Shown here piece after piece: positions 49,221-62,416 of a stretch of DNA of 64,000 nucleotides. The position numbers were made by a program, and so were the translations under genes. Location: contig OZ076409.1 of assembly GCA_964187785.1 (NCBI GenBank), positions 18,168,001 through 18,232,000 of the forward strand, given 5' to 3'. The notes below the pieces were generated by a model. The model was not told the origin of the DNA, ran no database searches, and was given only the letters and a program-made list of their open reading frames with translations. This DNA comes from Amphiscolops sp. MND2022 (Eukaryota). Numbering within the stretch: position 1 is the stretch's first letter; every line of letters starts with the position of its first letter.

Positions 49221-50399
49221 TTATATTGTGAACAATAGCTTTTTTTCCAGGACCTCATACAAGAAAAAAATTCCCAAAAACAGTGTTCCAACTTTGCCTG
49301 AAAATTACAAAACCAATTCTGATATTACCTCCGATATCAACAATTTTAACTCGTATTGGTAATCAAGCAATCAAACTCATAACTTAGGAAACTTGTTTTG
49401 TCATTAACTTTACCGAAACTCATTGTTGAGCACCTCAACAAAAAACCTGACATTTTCTCTGAAATGGGAAATGCGCACCAATTAGGGTATATGCACCATC
49501 AAGAAAAGGAAATAGCAGTTCAGAAACAGAGAGTCAACAAGGTAGTCAAAATACAGTCTATGTTTCCGAAAAATTTGAGTTGTTTCTTACAGGATGTTTC
49601 GGGATAGCAGCCAAGGGAGCTACTACCGCGGAACTCACGAGTTCAAACTAGAGAACTTGAAGGAACACAAAGATAAAGTTCCAGCTATTAAGATTGGGGT
49701 CTTGCCTCTTAAGATAACAAACTCCAACTTGCACATTGATATCAATCCTCTATGCAAAGTTGGCGGAACAGATTACGCGGATTCCTAAATTTTCCAAAAT
49801 TCGCCTTCTCAGGAAGCTGTTCATTTTTGTCACTCCTGTATTCGTTTTTCGCTGATATTGAAACGCACACAATAAAATCTAACCGAATTTAATTTTTCTT
49901 CGTCAACGAGCACAGCTGTTTGATTTTTCAACATCTTTGATTACATGCATTCCAGCCGGTCACCATCCATCAATAGCTCACTTCGACGTCTGAAAAAAAA
50001 TGTTATGCAAAGAACCAAACTATTTTGAAAAGTGAGTGTAAGCTAGTAAAACTTGATGTTAGCACTAATATAACTAAAATTTGGCCCTTGTAGCACATTA
50101 ATATTATTTCTTCAAATATTGCTTGTTGCAAAACCATTGTTTCAGTGTGGCAGTTGCCTGAAAGACTCGTACAGCTACAGACTCGATCTCCGTTCCCGCT
50201 AGGTCTTTGCTACTGTTCGACCTCGCTTGGCAAGATGGGAGCATAAGCGGCCCCAAGGGGCCGCGGGGCACTAGAGGAACTGGGGGCATATCCGAGGCAC
50301 GTTTTAATGTAGCAAAGGTATCTATGAAGAGGTATCTTTGTTTTTAGCTTTTTAGAGAACGTTTCGGCGGTGTTGTCTTGTTCCAGACTAGAATCGCCA

Positions 50400-50745
50400 C
50401 GAAATTCAGCAGAATTTTCGCGGTGGGCGGAAATAGGTCGAAGGAACGGGATCGAAAATCAGAGTTAGTCCTCAGGTCGACATACCAAATTTTTGAATGG
50501 GATCGAAACAACTCGGATCGAAATTTTTATAACGTAGTCAGAAAAGTTCACATACTCCTAGTTCCCTGAATGCAGGAGCGAAGCGACGTGCCATATGGCC
50601 ATGCCTCAATGTTGCTACTTGGCGAAGGGAGCGAAGCGACCGAGCCATACAACAAATACGATAAAATTCGACCGCATTACATTCGATCCCAGCAATTCGA
50701 TCAAAAGGTTCGACCTCTGTCCTTTCGACCAAAAAAATTCGACCT
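50400..50745. repeat. MITE-like repeat (GTCGAA/TTCGAC subterminal repeats around a shared core)
   Basis: Oppositely oriented short repeats flank the core at 50559-50657. Ends not resolved. Confidence 0.5.
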
Positions 50746-50826
50746 ATTTACAGCCACCCAATTTTCGAAGCAGCGGATTTCAATGACTCTCCAGATCGGC
50801 AATGCGGCCTGTGTTCTAGGATATAT

Positions 50827-51026
50827 NNNNNNNNNNNNNNNNNNNNNNNNNNNNNNNNNNNNNNNNNNNNNNNNNNNNNNNNNNNNNNNNNNNNNNNNNN
50901 NNNNNNNNNNNNNNNNNNNNNNNNNNNNNNNNNNNNNNNNNNNNNNNNNNNNNNNNNNNNNNNNNNNNNNNNNNNNNNNNNNNNNNNNNNNNNNNNNNNN
51001 NNNNNNNNNNNNNNNNNNNNNNNNNN
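50827..51026. other. Assembly gap (200 N)
   Basis: Run of N. Confidence 1.
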
Positions 51027-51487
51027 CTTGACAGCAACAATAAACTTAAGACTGAAAATGCGACAATGAAGCATCTTACGTTACAATACAAAACAATACA
51101 ATACAATACGCACATGAACACATAACATGAGCAAATTGGCGACATTATAACCGACTCAAAACCGTCGAGTTTACAACGCGTGGTGTTGAGAAATTGTCAA
51201 CATAAACAGGCTTTCCGACGGTTTGCAAGTATTTAATATCGCCTTTCGAACTAAAAGTAGATGTGACAGCCAATTGACCTCTGACTGTATGCCCTGATTG
51301 TATGGCAAAAAAAACAGAAAAATAGGAAATTTTTCTTCAGAAAAGTTCGAAATTTTTTTGATGAAGGTTATTGTTAACGCTGATAGTGCCGTAAGCCGTG
51401 AGCAGTCCTCTATGCTCGCGAAAAAGTTTCGTTTCTAGTGAAAATTGAGGGGGGGCTTCGATGAAAACAAATTGGGAAAACAACATC

Positions 51488-51960
51488 AGAACGTGTAAAG
51501 TCGGCGCTTTATCCAAGACTCAAAAAGCGCAAAACATTTTTTTAAAGACAAAACTTGAAATTTTGGAAAATTTCTCTTCTTTCGGAAAATGGCGCATAGT
51601 GCCGAAAAATGTTTTTGTGCCGAAAAGATCATTTTGGTTTTATTAACATACATTCTGTTGCCGAATTTCAAAAATTGCAAAGAGGGCACTCTTTGGGGAC
51701 ATTGAAAATTTTTGAAAAAATGTCGCACAGTTCCGAAAAAAATCCAAAAGGACCGTTTAGGCACGTCCGACTTTGTAGGTTTCCTTGAGAAAGTAAAAAA
51801 TCAAAGGGTACCCTCAGGAATAAGTTTGCCTTGGTCATAGGCGGTTTCAGGATTGTTTCTAAAAAGTGGAACGATCAGTGTGAGGTTTGTAGTCTGAAGA
51901 AAAAAAGTCCATGCTATAGTTAGGCATTTTTCCTTAAAAGGATGAAGCGCCGACTAAAAA
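51488..51960 (+). mobile_element. Helentron/DINE-like repeat
   Basis: AACGTGTAAAGTCGGCGCT ... AGCGCCGACTAAAAA. Confidence 0.55.
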
Positions 51961-52427
51961 CGCATAGAAAAAACACCGGTCTTTGAAAAAAAATATCAAA
52001 AATAGCGTGCTAGGCCTGCGAAAACCTAAATTTAAGACAAAAATATTCCTTTTGGAGAATCTCACAATGACGAAAACTGTGAAAAAAGGCCCTTTGAGAT
52101 TTTTCAATATTTATTCTCTTAGACAATTTCATAAAAATTAAATGGGAACCCTTTGGAGATTTTGAAACTTTTTCGAAAAAATAAACAAAAAATAGATTTT
52201 TTGAGAGTCTCAAAGTGCCGAAAAAATTGAAAGACGGGACCCTTTGGGGTTTTCTAACATTCGATCTGATTCAAAACATCAAAAAAACATGAAGAGAAGA
52301 CCCTTTGGAGACATTTAAAAAATTTCGCAGAAGTCTCACACACACGAAAAAAAAGCCAGAGGAAGTCTCATAGTGCCGAAACAATGAGAACCTTCTGCTT
52401 CGAGATACTTGGGAAAAAATTAGAGCA

Positions 52428-52497
52428 TACGCACGGGTTCGAACACGAAACCTCTGGGTTGAAAAGCAAGCATCTTAACACTAGACCACGAACGCCT
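52428..52497 (-). pseudogene. tRNA-derived (Glu-like) pseudogene or SINE head
   Basis: A box TGGTCTAGTGTTAAG, TTC-like anticodon loop, B box GTTCGAACCC. Stems are imperfect. Confidence 0.55.
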
Positions 52498-53390
52498 GAA
52501 CTATGTGACATGCGGGCTGAGAAGAGAAGGTTGTTCCTCGGAAAAAACACGCGCACTTTCCCATGACACTAGCTTTTCGCAAGTAAAATTAGTCAGCATA
52601 ACGAGTGTCAAAATCTCTTTTTGGCGAAAGATCGGCAGGCACTGGTTGATTTTAAAGTGAACTTCGTAGATCTGTTGATGGCCAAAAACCCAGCGGAAAC
52701 AAGATTTCTGGAAACGCTCCGTTTCCTTCAATCTGTTGATGTCGCGAAACCAAGCCGGAATATCATAAATGAAGATGGAGAGCACCGCTGCCCGAAAGAG
52801 ATTTAATTTTGCACGCGAAGGGGTATTAAGGGGATTCTTGACTTCAGAGAATAAAACGCCTTTCTCGCTCTTCTCGCTTTGTTGATTTCAATTTCAATAT
52901 GACTGACCAATTAAAAATCATTTGAACTATGCAAACCCAAAATTTCGTATTATGTCACATTCTCCAACGGTTCTGTAGATCTTAAAACAAAATCTGTTGA
53001 CCTTTACTTGCAAAGCATTTGGTTTTATCCAGATTAGCAGTCATTCCAATTCCAAAATCGCGATGAATGGTTGAGATCATCCGTAAATACGCATGGAAGA
53101 GTCACGAAAATTTGAATGCAAGTCATTTACGAATAACAGAAACAGCAACGGTCCGACAAGCGAACCCTGAGGCACACCACTGGCAACATGAATAGCATCG
53201 GATCATACTTTTACGTGTTAGATGCGATCATCAAGATAGCTTCGTAGTAGATCAACAAGATCACTATCTAAACCGAATCTCAGGAGCTTAGGGAAAAGTT
53301 TTGGATGAGGAACGTTGTCAAATTCTTTTTCATTTTGCATGTAAATGAACATACCAGAAGTTTTATGGTGATGTATTATTTCAACAAAAG

Positions 53391-54665
53391 CTATCAACTG
53401 GTGTACTAAGCTTTTTTCCGACTGAAACCCAATCTGTTAAGGATGAAAATCTGTATGTAATGTTTTGTACAAGAAAGAAATATTTCAATCGAAGATCAGG
53501 GATACTTTTGATAACAAATTGATAGGACGGTAGTTACTGATTATATTCACGAGGTTGTATACACCTCTATTGTGTAGAGGACGAACATATGCCACTTTCC
53601 AAACGTCAGGATAGACACGTGTGAGCAAGATAGAAGCAAGAAAATCGTAGAAGAAAATCGGACACACTTTCATTAAAACTGGCGGTAAGCATTCGGTTTT
53701 TTTAAGTGAAGATTCTTTTGTTTCTAAAATCCTTCGTGTTGTTATATTGTTTGAAGAATTCAGTATATCAGCTAACTTCACAGACTTGTAACTGGGCACA
53801 GGAAAAGGACAGAATACATGAGTATTGTAATCTTTTGAAAGATATATAATGCAAGCATTTGCAGTTTGCTTACGCCCAGAGTAGGAACATTAGTTTTGGT
53901 TCATGACAGTGAGGCAGGAACAGGATGTTGAGTTCACGCTGTTCAGAAAATTGAAACAATCAGCGAGAGAATTGGTTCGCGCTCCATCGATGAACAAAAG
54001 ACGATCAAGTTCAGTGGAGGTTTCGAAATCTATCAACTGGTGTACTAAGCTTTTTTCCGACTGAAACCCAATCTGCTGAGGTTGAAAATCTGTATGTAAT
54101 GTTTTGTACAAGAAAGAAAAAATTTCAATCGAAGATCAGGGATACTTTTGATAACAAACTGATGGGACGGTAGTTACTGATTATATTCGCGAGGTTGTAT
54201 ACACCTCTATTGTGTAGAGGACGAACATATGCCACTTTCCAAACATCAGGATAGACACGTTTGAGCAACATAGAAGCAAATAAATCGTGGAAGAAAATCG
54301 GACACACTTTCATTAAAACTGGCGGTAAGCATTGGGCATTTTTAAGTGGAAAGTCTTTTATCTCTAAAATCATCTTTCTTATTGTTACATTGTTTGAAGA
54401 ATTCAGTATATCAGCTAACTTCACAGAATTGTAACTGGGCACAGGAAAAGGATGGAACACATGAGTATTGCAATCTTTTGGAAGATGTATATTGAATACC
54501 ATCAATTTGCTTACCCCCAGAGTAGGAATAATAATTTTGTTTCATGACAGTGAGGCAGGATGTTGAATTCAAGCTGTTCAGAAAATTAAACCAATCAGTG
54601 ACAGAATTGGTTCGCGCTCCATCGATTAACAAAAGACGATCAAGTCCAGTGGAGGTTTCGAAATC
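53391..54665. repeat. Tandem duplication, unit about 640 bp, inside the LINE RT
   Basis: ORFs 53485 and 54125 are offset by 640 bp and are diverged copies. Confidence 0.9.
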
Positions 54666-56607
54666 AAGCTGGAGATTTTCGAAGATTTTCAGTGTATTTT
54701 ATCAGGATTTTTGCAGTGTTCTTTTATTTAAGCAGTGGATAGTACGCGACGAGTCTCAGAAAGAATTATCAGAGCGTCTTTTACGCTTTTTCGAGAAAAA
54801 CGATGTCCCTTTATGTCCAAAAAAAATTGTAGAATTTGTTTACATTGACAGGAGGAAGATAAGAAAGGCAAGCAAAAAGAATCCAGTTTTTCTGGATTTT
54901 TAGTAATTCATGAGCTTTAGTTTTTGAAAAATCACGAAAAATTGATCTAGGGCAAAGATATTCGTGAACTTTGAAAATTACGGAATACTGATTACTCAGA
55001 ATATTTTGTTTCCTCATTTAAAAAGAGATAGGATAACTACGGTCATTACAGAGTCTTTTCATCAAGAAATAGAAGTAGTAAGCCCCAGTTGGAAAAGAGC
55101 TGTAGATAATATTTTTCTCAGCTGCAATTACTAAACATTAGATGCCAATAAGCATTCGGAGGGTTAAAATCGCCTACATAAGGAGTGAGATTGAACACTC
55201 AAGGAATACTTTTGTTCCAATGAACAAGTAGCAGTTTCCAGTAGGGTTGTCATACACTCTTCGGACAACTCGTACGGACCAGGATATAGCAGATAAACAA
55301 AGATAATTGGAGCTGTCATTACGATACATATGCCGCAACGAACTAGCAAGATCTTGCTAGTTAGAATAAAAGCCAATAAAAACGCGTTCTTATTTCAAAT
55401 ACGCGTTACGAGTTTTGCTCGTTACACTGTGTGATTTGGCGTTACGTGTAGTGATCAAAATACAGTAAATGACTACTTCACACTCTCTACAATTACGTAC
55501 TTTGACTGGTTTCCACTTCACACATGAATGAAAGCATCGTCTGGAGTTATTTTTACTCACGGTATGTACCAAGATGTGATTGGTTTCCACTTTTCTGTAA
55601 TTACTTACGCTCAAGGATCACAATCCGCAATTTCTGATTACACTGTGCATCACAATCCATGATGAACACGGTGCACTGTTTGACTAGAATACATTTCGCT
55701 CTCGTTTTACGGAAAATACAGCTTACACTTGATGATAAATTCCACTTTTGCGGCATATGTATCGTAATGGTCGTTTTTTCACTGAGGCGAAGAGCTATAG
55801 CAACGGCAAAGTCGAAATCATCCAAGTCTATTTTATCAACTAAAAAAATTACAAGTAGTGCAAAAATGCATAGTTAAACCACCACGATGACCCTTTAATC
55901 TACCTTTTCTTGCAACAGTTTAAAGCATCCAAAGAGCATATATTGTGTATAATCCTTCCACCAAGTTTCAGTAAGGAATAGAAAGTTGATTTTTTCTCTG
56001 TCTATCAGCCCATTTAAGTTCCTGTTTTCGGAAATAAGTTGTTCCTTTCAAACCACGAGCATCGACCATTAGCAGTCGCTTATCATGTTCACAGTCAAAT
56101 AAAACTTCAAAAGGACGGGGACGCGAATGAGATTCCGAAAGAGTGCTTTTTCTACCAAGCCTTTCGAGCTATCGACATAACTGGATGGGACTTTCAATTT
56201 ATTCATCAAATCAGTTACAATTTTAACATTTTAGAACAAAACCGATTGAGAAGCAGTGGAGCCGTAGTCACGTTCGTCCATAAACGTTTTGAGCACTGAT
56301 CGCAAATTGACTTGATCGTCATTAGATACACCTGAAGTGGAATTTGAGTTGTGTTTTTGTCCAAGAACATCTTTGACTTCATCGATTCTAGAGTTGATTG
56401 TTTCAAAAAATAAACTGCAAGAATTAGACTTAAAGAAAACACATGAGGCAGTCCTTTCCTAATTTATTGGTCAAAGATTTGAATTCGTCAAGCAAGGCAC
56501 GCACCATCTCGTCCACTTGTGGATAGTATTGTTCAAAGTTCTTCTGACCAGCAGAAGTAGAATTAGCTTTTTGCTTTCCAGAATCAACCGACATTGTCAA
56601 TATGCAC

Positions 56608-56635
56608 CTATTTAAGTTTATCACAACAATTAGGC
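56608..56635 (-). other. Spliced-leader-like exon at the LINE 5' end (3-nt deletion variant)
   Basis: GCCTAATTGTTGTGATAAACTTAAATAG, 13 nt upstream of ATG 56594. Confidence 0.7.
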
Positions 56636-57309
56636 TTCAGTTTAATCGTTATATAGCGCACAATTAATCCCTGTACCAGTTCACGTCGCCTTCAGTTTTT
56701 CTCGGACTACGGAAAATTTAACTACTAAGAGTAGACGAAGTTTAGTATTCGCATTTGAATGCAGACGAAACTCTCGGCGAACGAATAATTAACACTTGTT
56801 GGCTTCATCCCAATAACTCCGCGTACGAAAGCATAATTACCATTGGCTCGTTCCATCGCACGAAAAACAAATTGTTGTCGGCTGCTTGAGAATTTTAAAT
56901 TTCACGCTCATACTTACTGCCGAACAAAATATCTGAATTTTTCAGAAGGTACTAAATCGCTGATAAAAGTTGACTGAAAAAAGTTGCATGGTTCAGATTT
57001 CACCGTGTAACGTCACCACGTGTAACGTCACCCTATTGCACACCGCATTATCACCAATCGAAGTTAGATAAATTCGAAGTAACCGAAAGTGACGTTGATT
57101 GCGTATGTGACGTTAACAGCATGCTTGCTCTTGGAGCAAGTCACCAAAAATGAAGGAAACTGAGCCTCAAATGTCCGTGCAGAGACCGTGGAAACACGAA
57201 AGACCGCGAAAAGACGGTCTATAGAAGGACTCAATTAGCAAGTGCTGATAACGCTGAAAGTGATTCAAGATCGCCATTCGCGTATCTTCTAGCATGTTGC
57301 TACTTGTTG

Positions 57310-57733
57310 CAGGGATTTCAATACCGCTGAAAAATGGTGTTGGTAGTGACCAAAATGGCATTGGTATTGAGTACTGGCCACTACCATCAGATATTGGCTC
57401 TGGTATTGGCCAATGATTTGTCAATTTTCGAGAATTTTTCTAACTGTTACTGGGAAAAAGCGACAAATTAGAATTTTGAAACTTAATTATTGATAGACTG
57501 TTATAACAAAGAAAATTACCAAATTTTAATTCAAGTTCTGGAGGATTTTTATAGGACTATTTTCGAAGCTATGGGTTTTCGGAGCTATGGGTTTTTACCA
57601 AATATGACATTCAAATAGAAAGTATTGGTATTGAGATCTTCGGTATTGGTATTGAGAAAAACAGTATTAGTATTAGTATTGGTATCGAAAAATTTTCGAG
57701 GTTTTGGTATTGGTATTGGTACTGCAATCCCTG
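57310..57733. mobile_element. hAT-like MITE with (GGTATT)n arrays
   Basis: CAGGGATTTCAATACC / GGTACTGCAATCCCTG imperfect TIR. Imperfect 8-bp TSD ACTTGTTG/ACTTGAGG. Confidence 0.7.
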
Positions 57734-60700
57734 ACTTGAGGTAATGAATTCGAAGCAATGAGTTCATTGGCCTAATTTCCGCGTACAGCGCTGGTGGCCT
57801 TTTTCTGATTATTGCACTATGCCAATAATGTTGTAATTTATCATGTTCATCTGATGCCTTAGCTCGAAAGCTGCTGCCCTTTCTTCCGGTGTTCTCAATG
57901 CTGATGAGTGGAAACAGATCTAATGAATCAGACCTAATCAAACGGGTAAAACTGGGATCTAACAGAAATGATATGAATGAACAGATCTAATTTTTTATTT
58001 TAAAAATTAATATCACGTAGTCGGCTATGTTCACATACTGCAAGTGCCCTAAATGTATGAGCGAAGCGAAGCGGAGCGACGTGCCATATGGCCATGCCTC
58101 AATGTTCCTACTTGCGAAGAGAGGGAAGCGACCGAGCCATACAACAAATCTGAAACATACAGACCTAAGCACTTTAGATCAAATTATGTCCAAATAACAT
58201 ATCTAACTCCCTTAGACCTAAGGAAGTAGATCAAAGTCGTACGTGTCCTCAATGTGAAATTCCTTGGTTATTTACCAACACCCATTTTTAAAGTCAGATC
58301 GAGAGGTGGTTCTGAAAGATCAAAAACAAGATGCCCTTGCATATTTCAACCTCGGAGGGCAAAATGGACTTGTGTTGATGGACGCCTATTTGGGGAAAAT
58401 ACCCCTCTGAAGGCTTCTCCATTTCTATTGACTTGAAAAGCGACGGTAACTGCTTGTTTTTACAAAGTCATAGAATTGCAAAATGTTCAATGTTACTCGA
58501 AACAGGAGAGTGAAACCATTGAAAAGTTATGTCGAAAGATACGATACTCGAACGAAAGCAAATCGTTTTTACAGTGCATCACACAAAAGCAACCAGCAAA
58601 AAACCGAGCATTTCCCCTGCTAACATGAAATCGAAACAATTTATGAATTCGACTTGGAAACTTTTTCTCGCGCTCCTTGCATTCATGGAATCACTAAACT
58701 AGTGCCTCGACAATGTCTGCATGTGACGACGAAGAAACAGTTGAGCATTATTGTGACTTGTAGATCGATCACAGACCGCAAAAAGTGAAGATTGGGATTT
58801 TAATAGACTTGGAAGATTGCAGAACACTGGAAACAATCATAATCAAAACCGAAAAACTTAACTTTGAACCATGAAGTTTCTCCTGGCGCTGAGCTCAAAG
58901 ATACTTTCCGACAAGCGCGGGCATGTTCAATGGATTAAGCGTGGAATCTGTAGACACTTGAGACACCGATAACTTGATTCAGTCTGTGAAAAAAAGTTTC
59001 CACGGTAAAAACATACAACGCATAAAAACCAATGTTTTTTGGAAAAAATAAATGCTGTTTTTTGATAGAAAAAATTCACAAAATGTTCTCAAAAGTGTCA
59101 AAAATCAAAAATCCTCCAGTGTATGTCGCTTTTAGTGCCATTTGTTTACAATTTTGAACGTTATGTTGTGTTAGGTTCAAAAAAATTAAAGACGAAGAAA
59201 TTAGCTATAGAGTATCTTTTTTGAAAAACTAGAATTTGATTCCGAAATTTTTCAGAATGACCTCAAAGAAATTGAAAATAGAAAAACCTAAACATTAAAC
59301 GTTCATTCGCAAACTTTGTGAAGTTTAATAAAATTCTCGAGAGTAACAATGTTGGAAACGTTCAACAACAATAGCTGTCGACATATTGTAGTCTTTTTTT
59401 TTCAAGATTTGTACTTGGAGAAAAACCTCAAATTGACCCAAAAACGACAAAAATGTCAAGTTTTTCCATTTTTGAAATTTTCAGTTGATGTTTCTGAAAA
59501 GTTTTGTGAGTTAGACAGTTTTAAAAGCTTCATACGATTCATCAAGTATGCAAAACGTCTTCCAAAGGGAAACTCTGTACTTTTTCAGATTGAACAGTTT
59601 CTCGAAAAGACCCCGAAAGATGAGAATCCGAAGTTTTTTCGCTTTTGAAAGTTTTCGACGTTGAAAGTAAGTTTTTTGAAAAATTGTTTCAGTTTCGCGA
59701 AGTTAGAAACTCAAAATGACCCTCAAAACGACGTCACACTCGATAATTTCACCACTTTATCTACATCTCTTGCAAACTTTAGAAATTATTTGATACGTTC
59801 CGTGAGTTAGATTGTTCGAAAACTGGAAGAAGCAAAGATTGCATTGTAGTTATTTTGATGCGAAATTTTCCGCTCTGTGGCCAGAGGTCAGAATACATTC
59901 AAAATAGTCAGAGTTCTCAAAAATTCATACTTTGGACTTTTTTCGATAAGATTTGTGAATCTTTAAAAAAGATCGTGGAGTGGAGTCTTGAAAAACTCGA
60001 CGAATAATGAAGTAGTTATTCAGTACGTTTCTTAGTAGATATAACTGCAGTTTGTTTTAAAAATTGCCTCATAAGATCTCGAAGTAGTCAAAAAATCTCC
60101 AATTGAAATAACTAGCTATGAAGTACGCTTTTTGAGAGAAAAGTTTGCAGTTTTCCAGATAGAGACAAAACCGTATTATGGCCCAAAATCCAAATGTTTC
60201 TGTCGTTTTATGCAATTGAGACATTTCGAATGGCGTAAATTTTCAACAGCGACTGACCACCGTTAAAAGAGTAGGCATTTTGGAAACCATATTTGCAATT
60301 TCCTTGCTCAAAACGTTCCTTAAATTGACCTCAAAGTTGTTGAAAATATCAAAGGTTTCCTTGTTTCGAGGTTTTGTTTAGAATTTTTCAAGCAAAAGTA
60401 TAACAATTTGACAGATGAGGCACTGGTATGCTTGACACAGCTTGACAACAAAACAATTAGGTATTTAGTCTGTTCTCGGAGTAAGTGTTTCCTTTCAGAA
60501 TGAAATGACATTAAGGAAAAACTGTCAAGACGTTTTTTGTTCAAACTTTCATGCATTTTGATAGCGCATTGGCTACTCTTGAGCCTCAAAATTATGTCCT
60601 TGAAGGAACAGTTTGGACGGAAAATATGCTGCTGGTCACCGTGCGTCTTGTTACCGAAAGCGCTCAACAAAAGCGTAAAGACACTTGAACGATAACGGAT

Positions 60701-61223
60701 TGTTTTGTTGGACTTCAGGTGTAAGAAACGTCGAAGCTTGTTTGTTCGATAGGTTTACCACTTGAAAATTATTATTGCTATTTCCTGAGATATTTTCCAA
60801 TCGAAGACTGAAGAAAAAGTATTGTTATTGAAAGTAACTATTTTCCGGAAGTATACTTCTCTGCGTCAAGAATCACAGCGCCTATAAAAAGCTGATTCCA
60901 CCTGATGATCGCTTTGATATGTCGCTCAAACCATTTTTCAGCTAATCCGTTTTTCAAGTCATGAATTGTCTTGGATTCGACAAATATACATTTTTTCGTG
61001 AATAGAACATGGCTAGAAACCAGTCGTGATTGCTTCATTTGATTTCCAGTAGCATGAAGACCCCTATACAATTACTTCAATAGAGAAGGCATATACCATT
61101 CGATATTAGAAATGGAAAAAGCATCATCATTAGCTAATGATTTCGCATTGACTAAATTTTCTTGATTCTTGAGTCTATAGACAATCTGCAGAATCCGATG
61201 AATTTAAAATTTTTCTACGCCTA

Positions 61224-62416
61224 TGTCGCAGGCTGCCGCCTGTGATGGCAACAACTATACGACCTCGGGATACGGACAAGAAATTACCCCAGGTACATTA
61301 CCCATTTATTAAACTCAAAACTGCAATTGCCAAGACTCGCTTTAACTATTTTAGTTTATTTATCCAAACTGAATATTAGTCTGTTAAGTACAATTTGGAA
61401 TTGTCCAAATTGGGATGTTTTATGTTGCAAATGTGTTGAATACAATTACAGCAGAGCAATGTAATATAAAGCAACTGTAAGGCAGTATAGGAAACGTGTT
61501 CAAGTGATGCTAAGCGCTGATCCAAAAGCGTCACTTGAGCGCATTGTCTTATCCAATCAGAGCGCTGTATTTGTTGTGCTATATTAGCTTTGTTGCTATC
61601 ATGGCCTAATTAGGCCTATTTCCTAAATAACGCTTGCTGTACTGTATTACTTGGTCAAACGGCCGGTTCCGGCCATTTTGTACAAATAGTTAATTGACGT
61701 TGCTTTGATAGTAATAACCGGACCTATTATTTCAAATTCACTTTAGTCCACTTGTTGATGCTATAATTATACTCCCCCTCTGCCTAAATGTCAGAAATGA
61801 GCATAATAATAATTGCAGTTGGAATGAAGCCTCTCCCCACCTTTTCCCAGTGCAAGACTGAAACCCCGGACATGGCCAGTTTCGGCCTCGTGAAAATAAC
61901 TTGCACCAATTTCACTGCTGCGTTTGTTGATCATGATTTATTCAATTTGATACGTGAATTAGACGGCACATGGCAAGCCGCGTGGCAGCACGTGCTGTCT
62001 CAACACCTTGTAATAAGGAATGCAATGAACAGTGCATTGTTAACATTTTTGTTATTTGTATTGATGTTAAGTACGTTAGTTATTTGTTTGATGTTAACTC
62101 ACGGTCGATGTAAGTTGGGCACGCCGCCTGTCACACCTATAACCACGTGATGTTTGGAATAACATTTGACCTTACTAGGACGAATTCCTGAAAGTCTTTG
62201 AGGTGCTAACTATCTAACTGTATGTCGGTCCTCATGACCATTAAGGAATTTGTCGATTACAAATGGAATTTGATCACACTTGTAAGGGTATATATAGCAA
62301 TGTTTCCTTGAGGTGATTATTAATTCCATACCGATTGTTCAGATCAGTTGATTTGTTTCGCATTTATAGATTGCAAGACTAGATTACCAAATAAAATATT
62401 CAACCTTGAAATCTTG
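61224..62416 (+). mobile_element. Probable 5' LTR and leader of the Gypsy-like element at the window end
   Basis: Composition shift beginning TGTCGCA, upstream of gag. The partner LTR is outside the window, so the boundaries are unverified. Confidence 0.35.

Larger units (their letters stand above)
52880..56635 (-). mobile_element. Degenerate APE-RT LINE (CR1/L2-like), 5' end apparently intact
   Basis: ORF1 remnant from ATG 56594. APE motifs MVDARGL, FLFLTETW (about 55961-55985), RKGR..GHRGGL. RT motifs WKVAYVRPL, NYRPISLL, QIGF, SGVPQGSLVGPLLFLLFVNDL (about 53125-53185). 3' end approximate. Confidence 0.8.

Noticed and set aside
49590..50325. GC-richer exon-like patches with AG/GT borders
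   Set aside because: No recognisable protein and no consistent reading frame.
50570..51145. ORFs containing X runs
   Set aside because: They span the assembly gap.
54544..55877. Cluster of small virus-like ORFs
   Set aside because: Explained as sense and antisense fragments of the decayed LINE ORF2.
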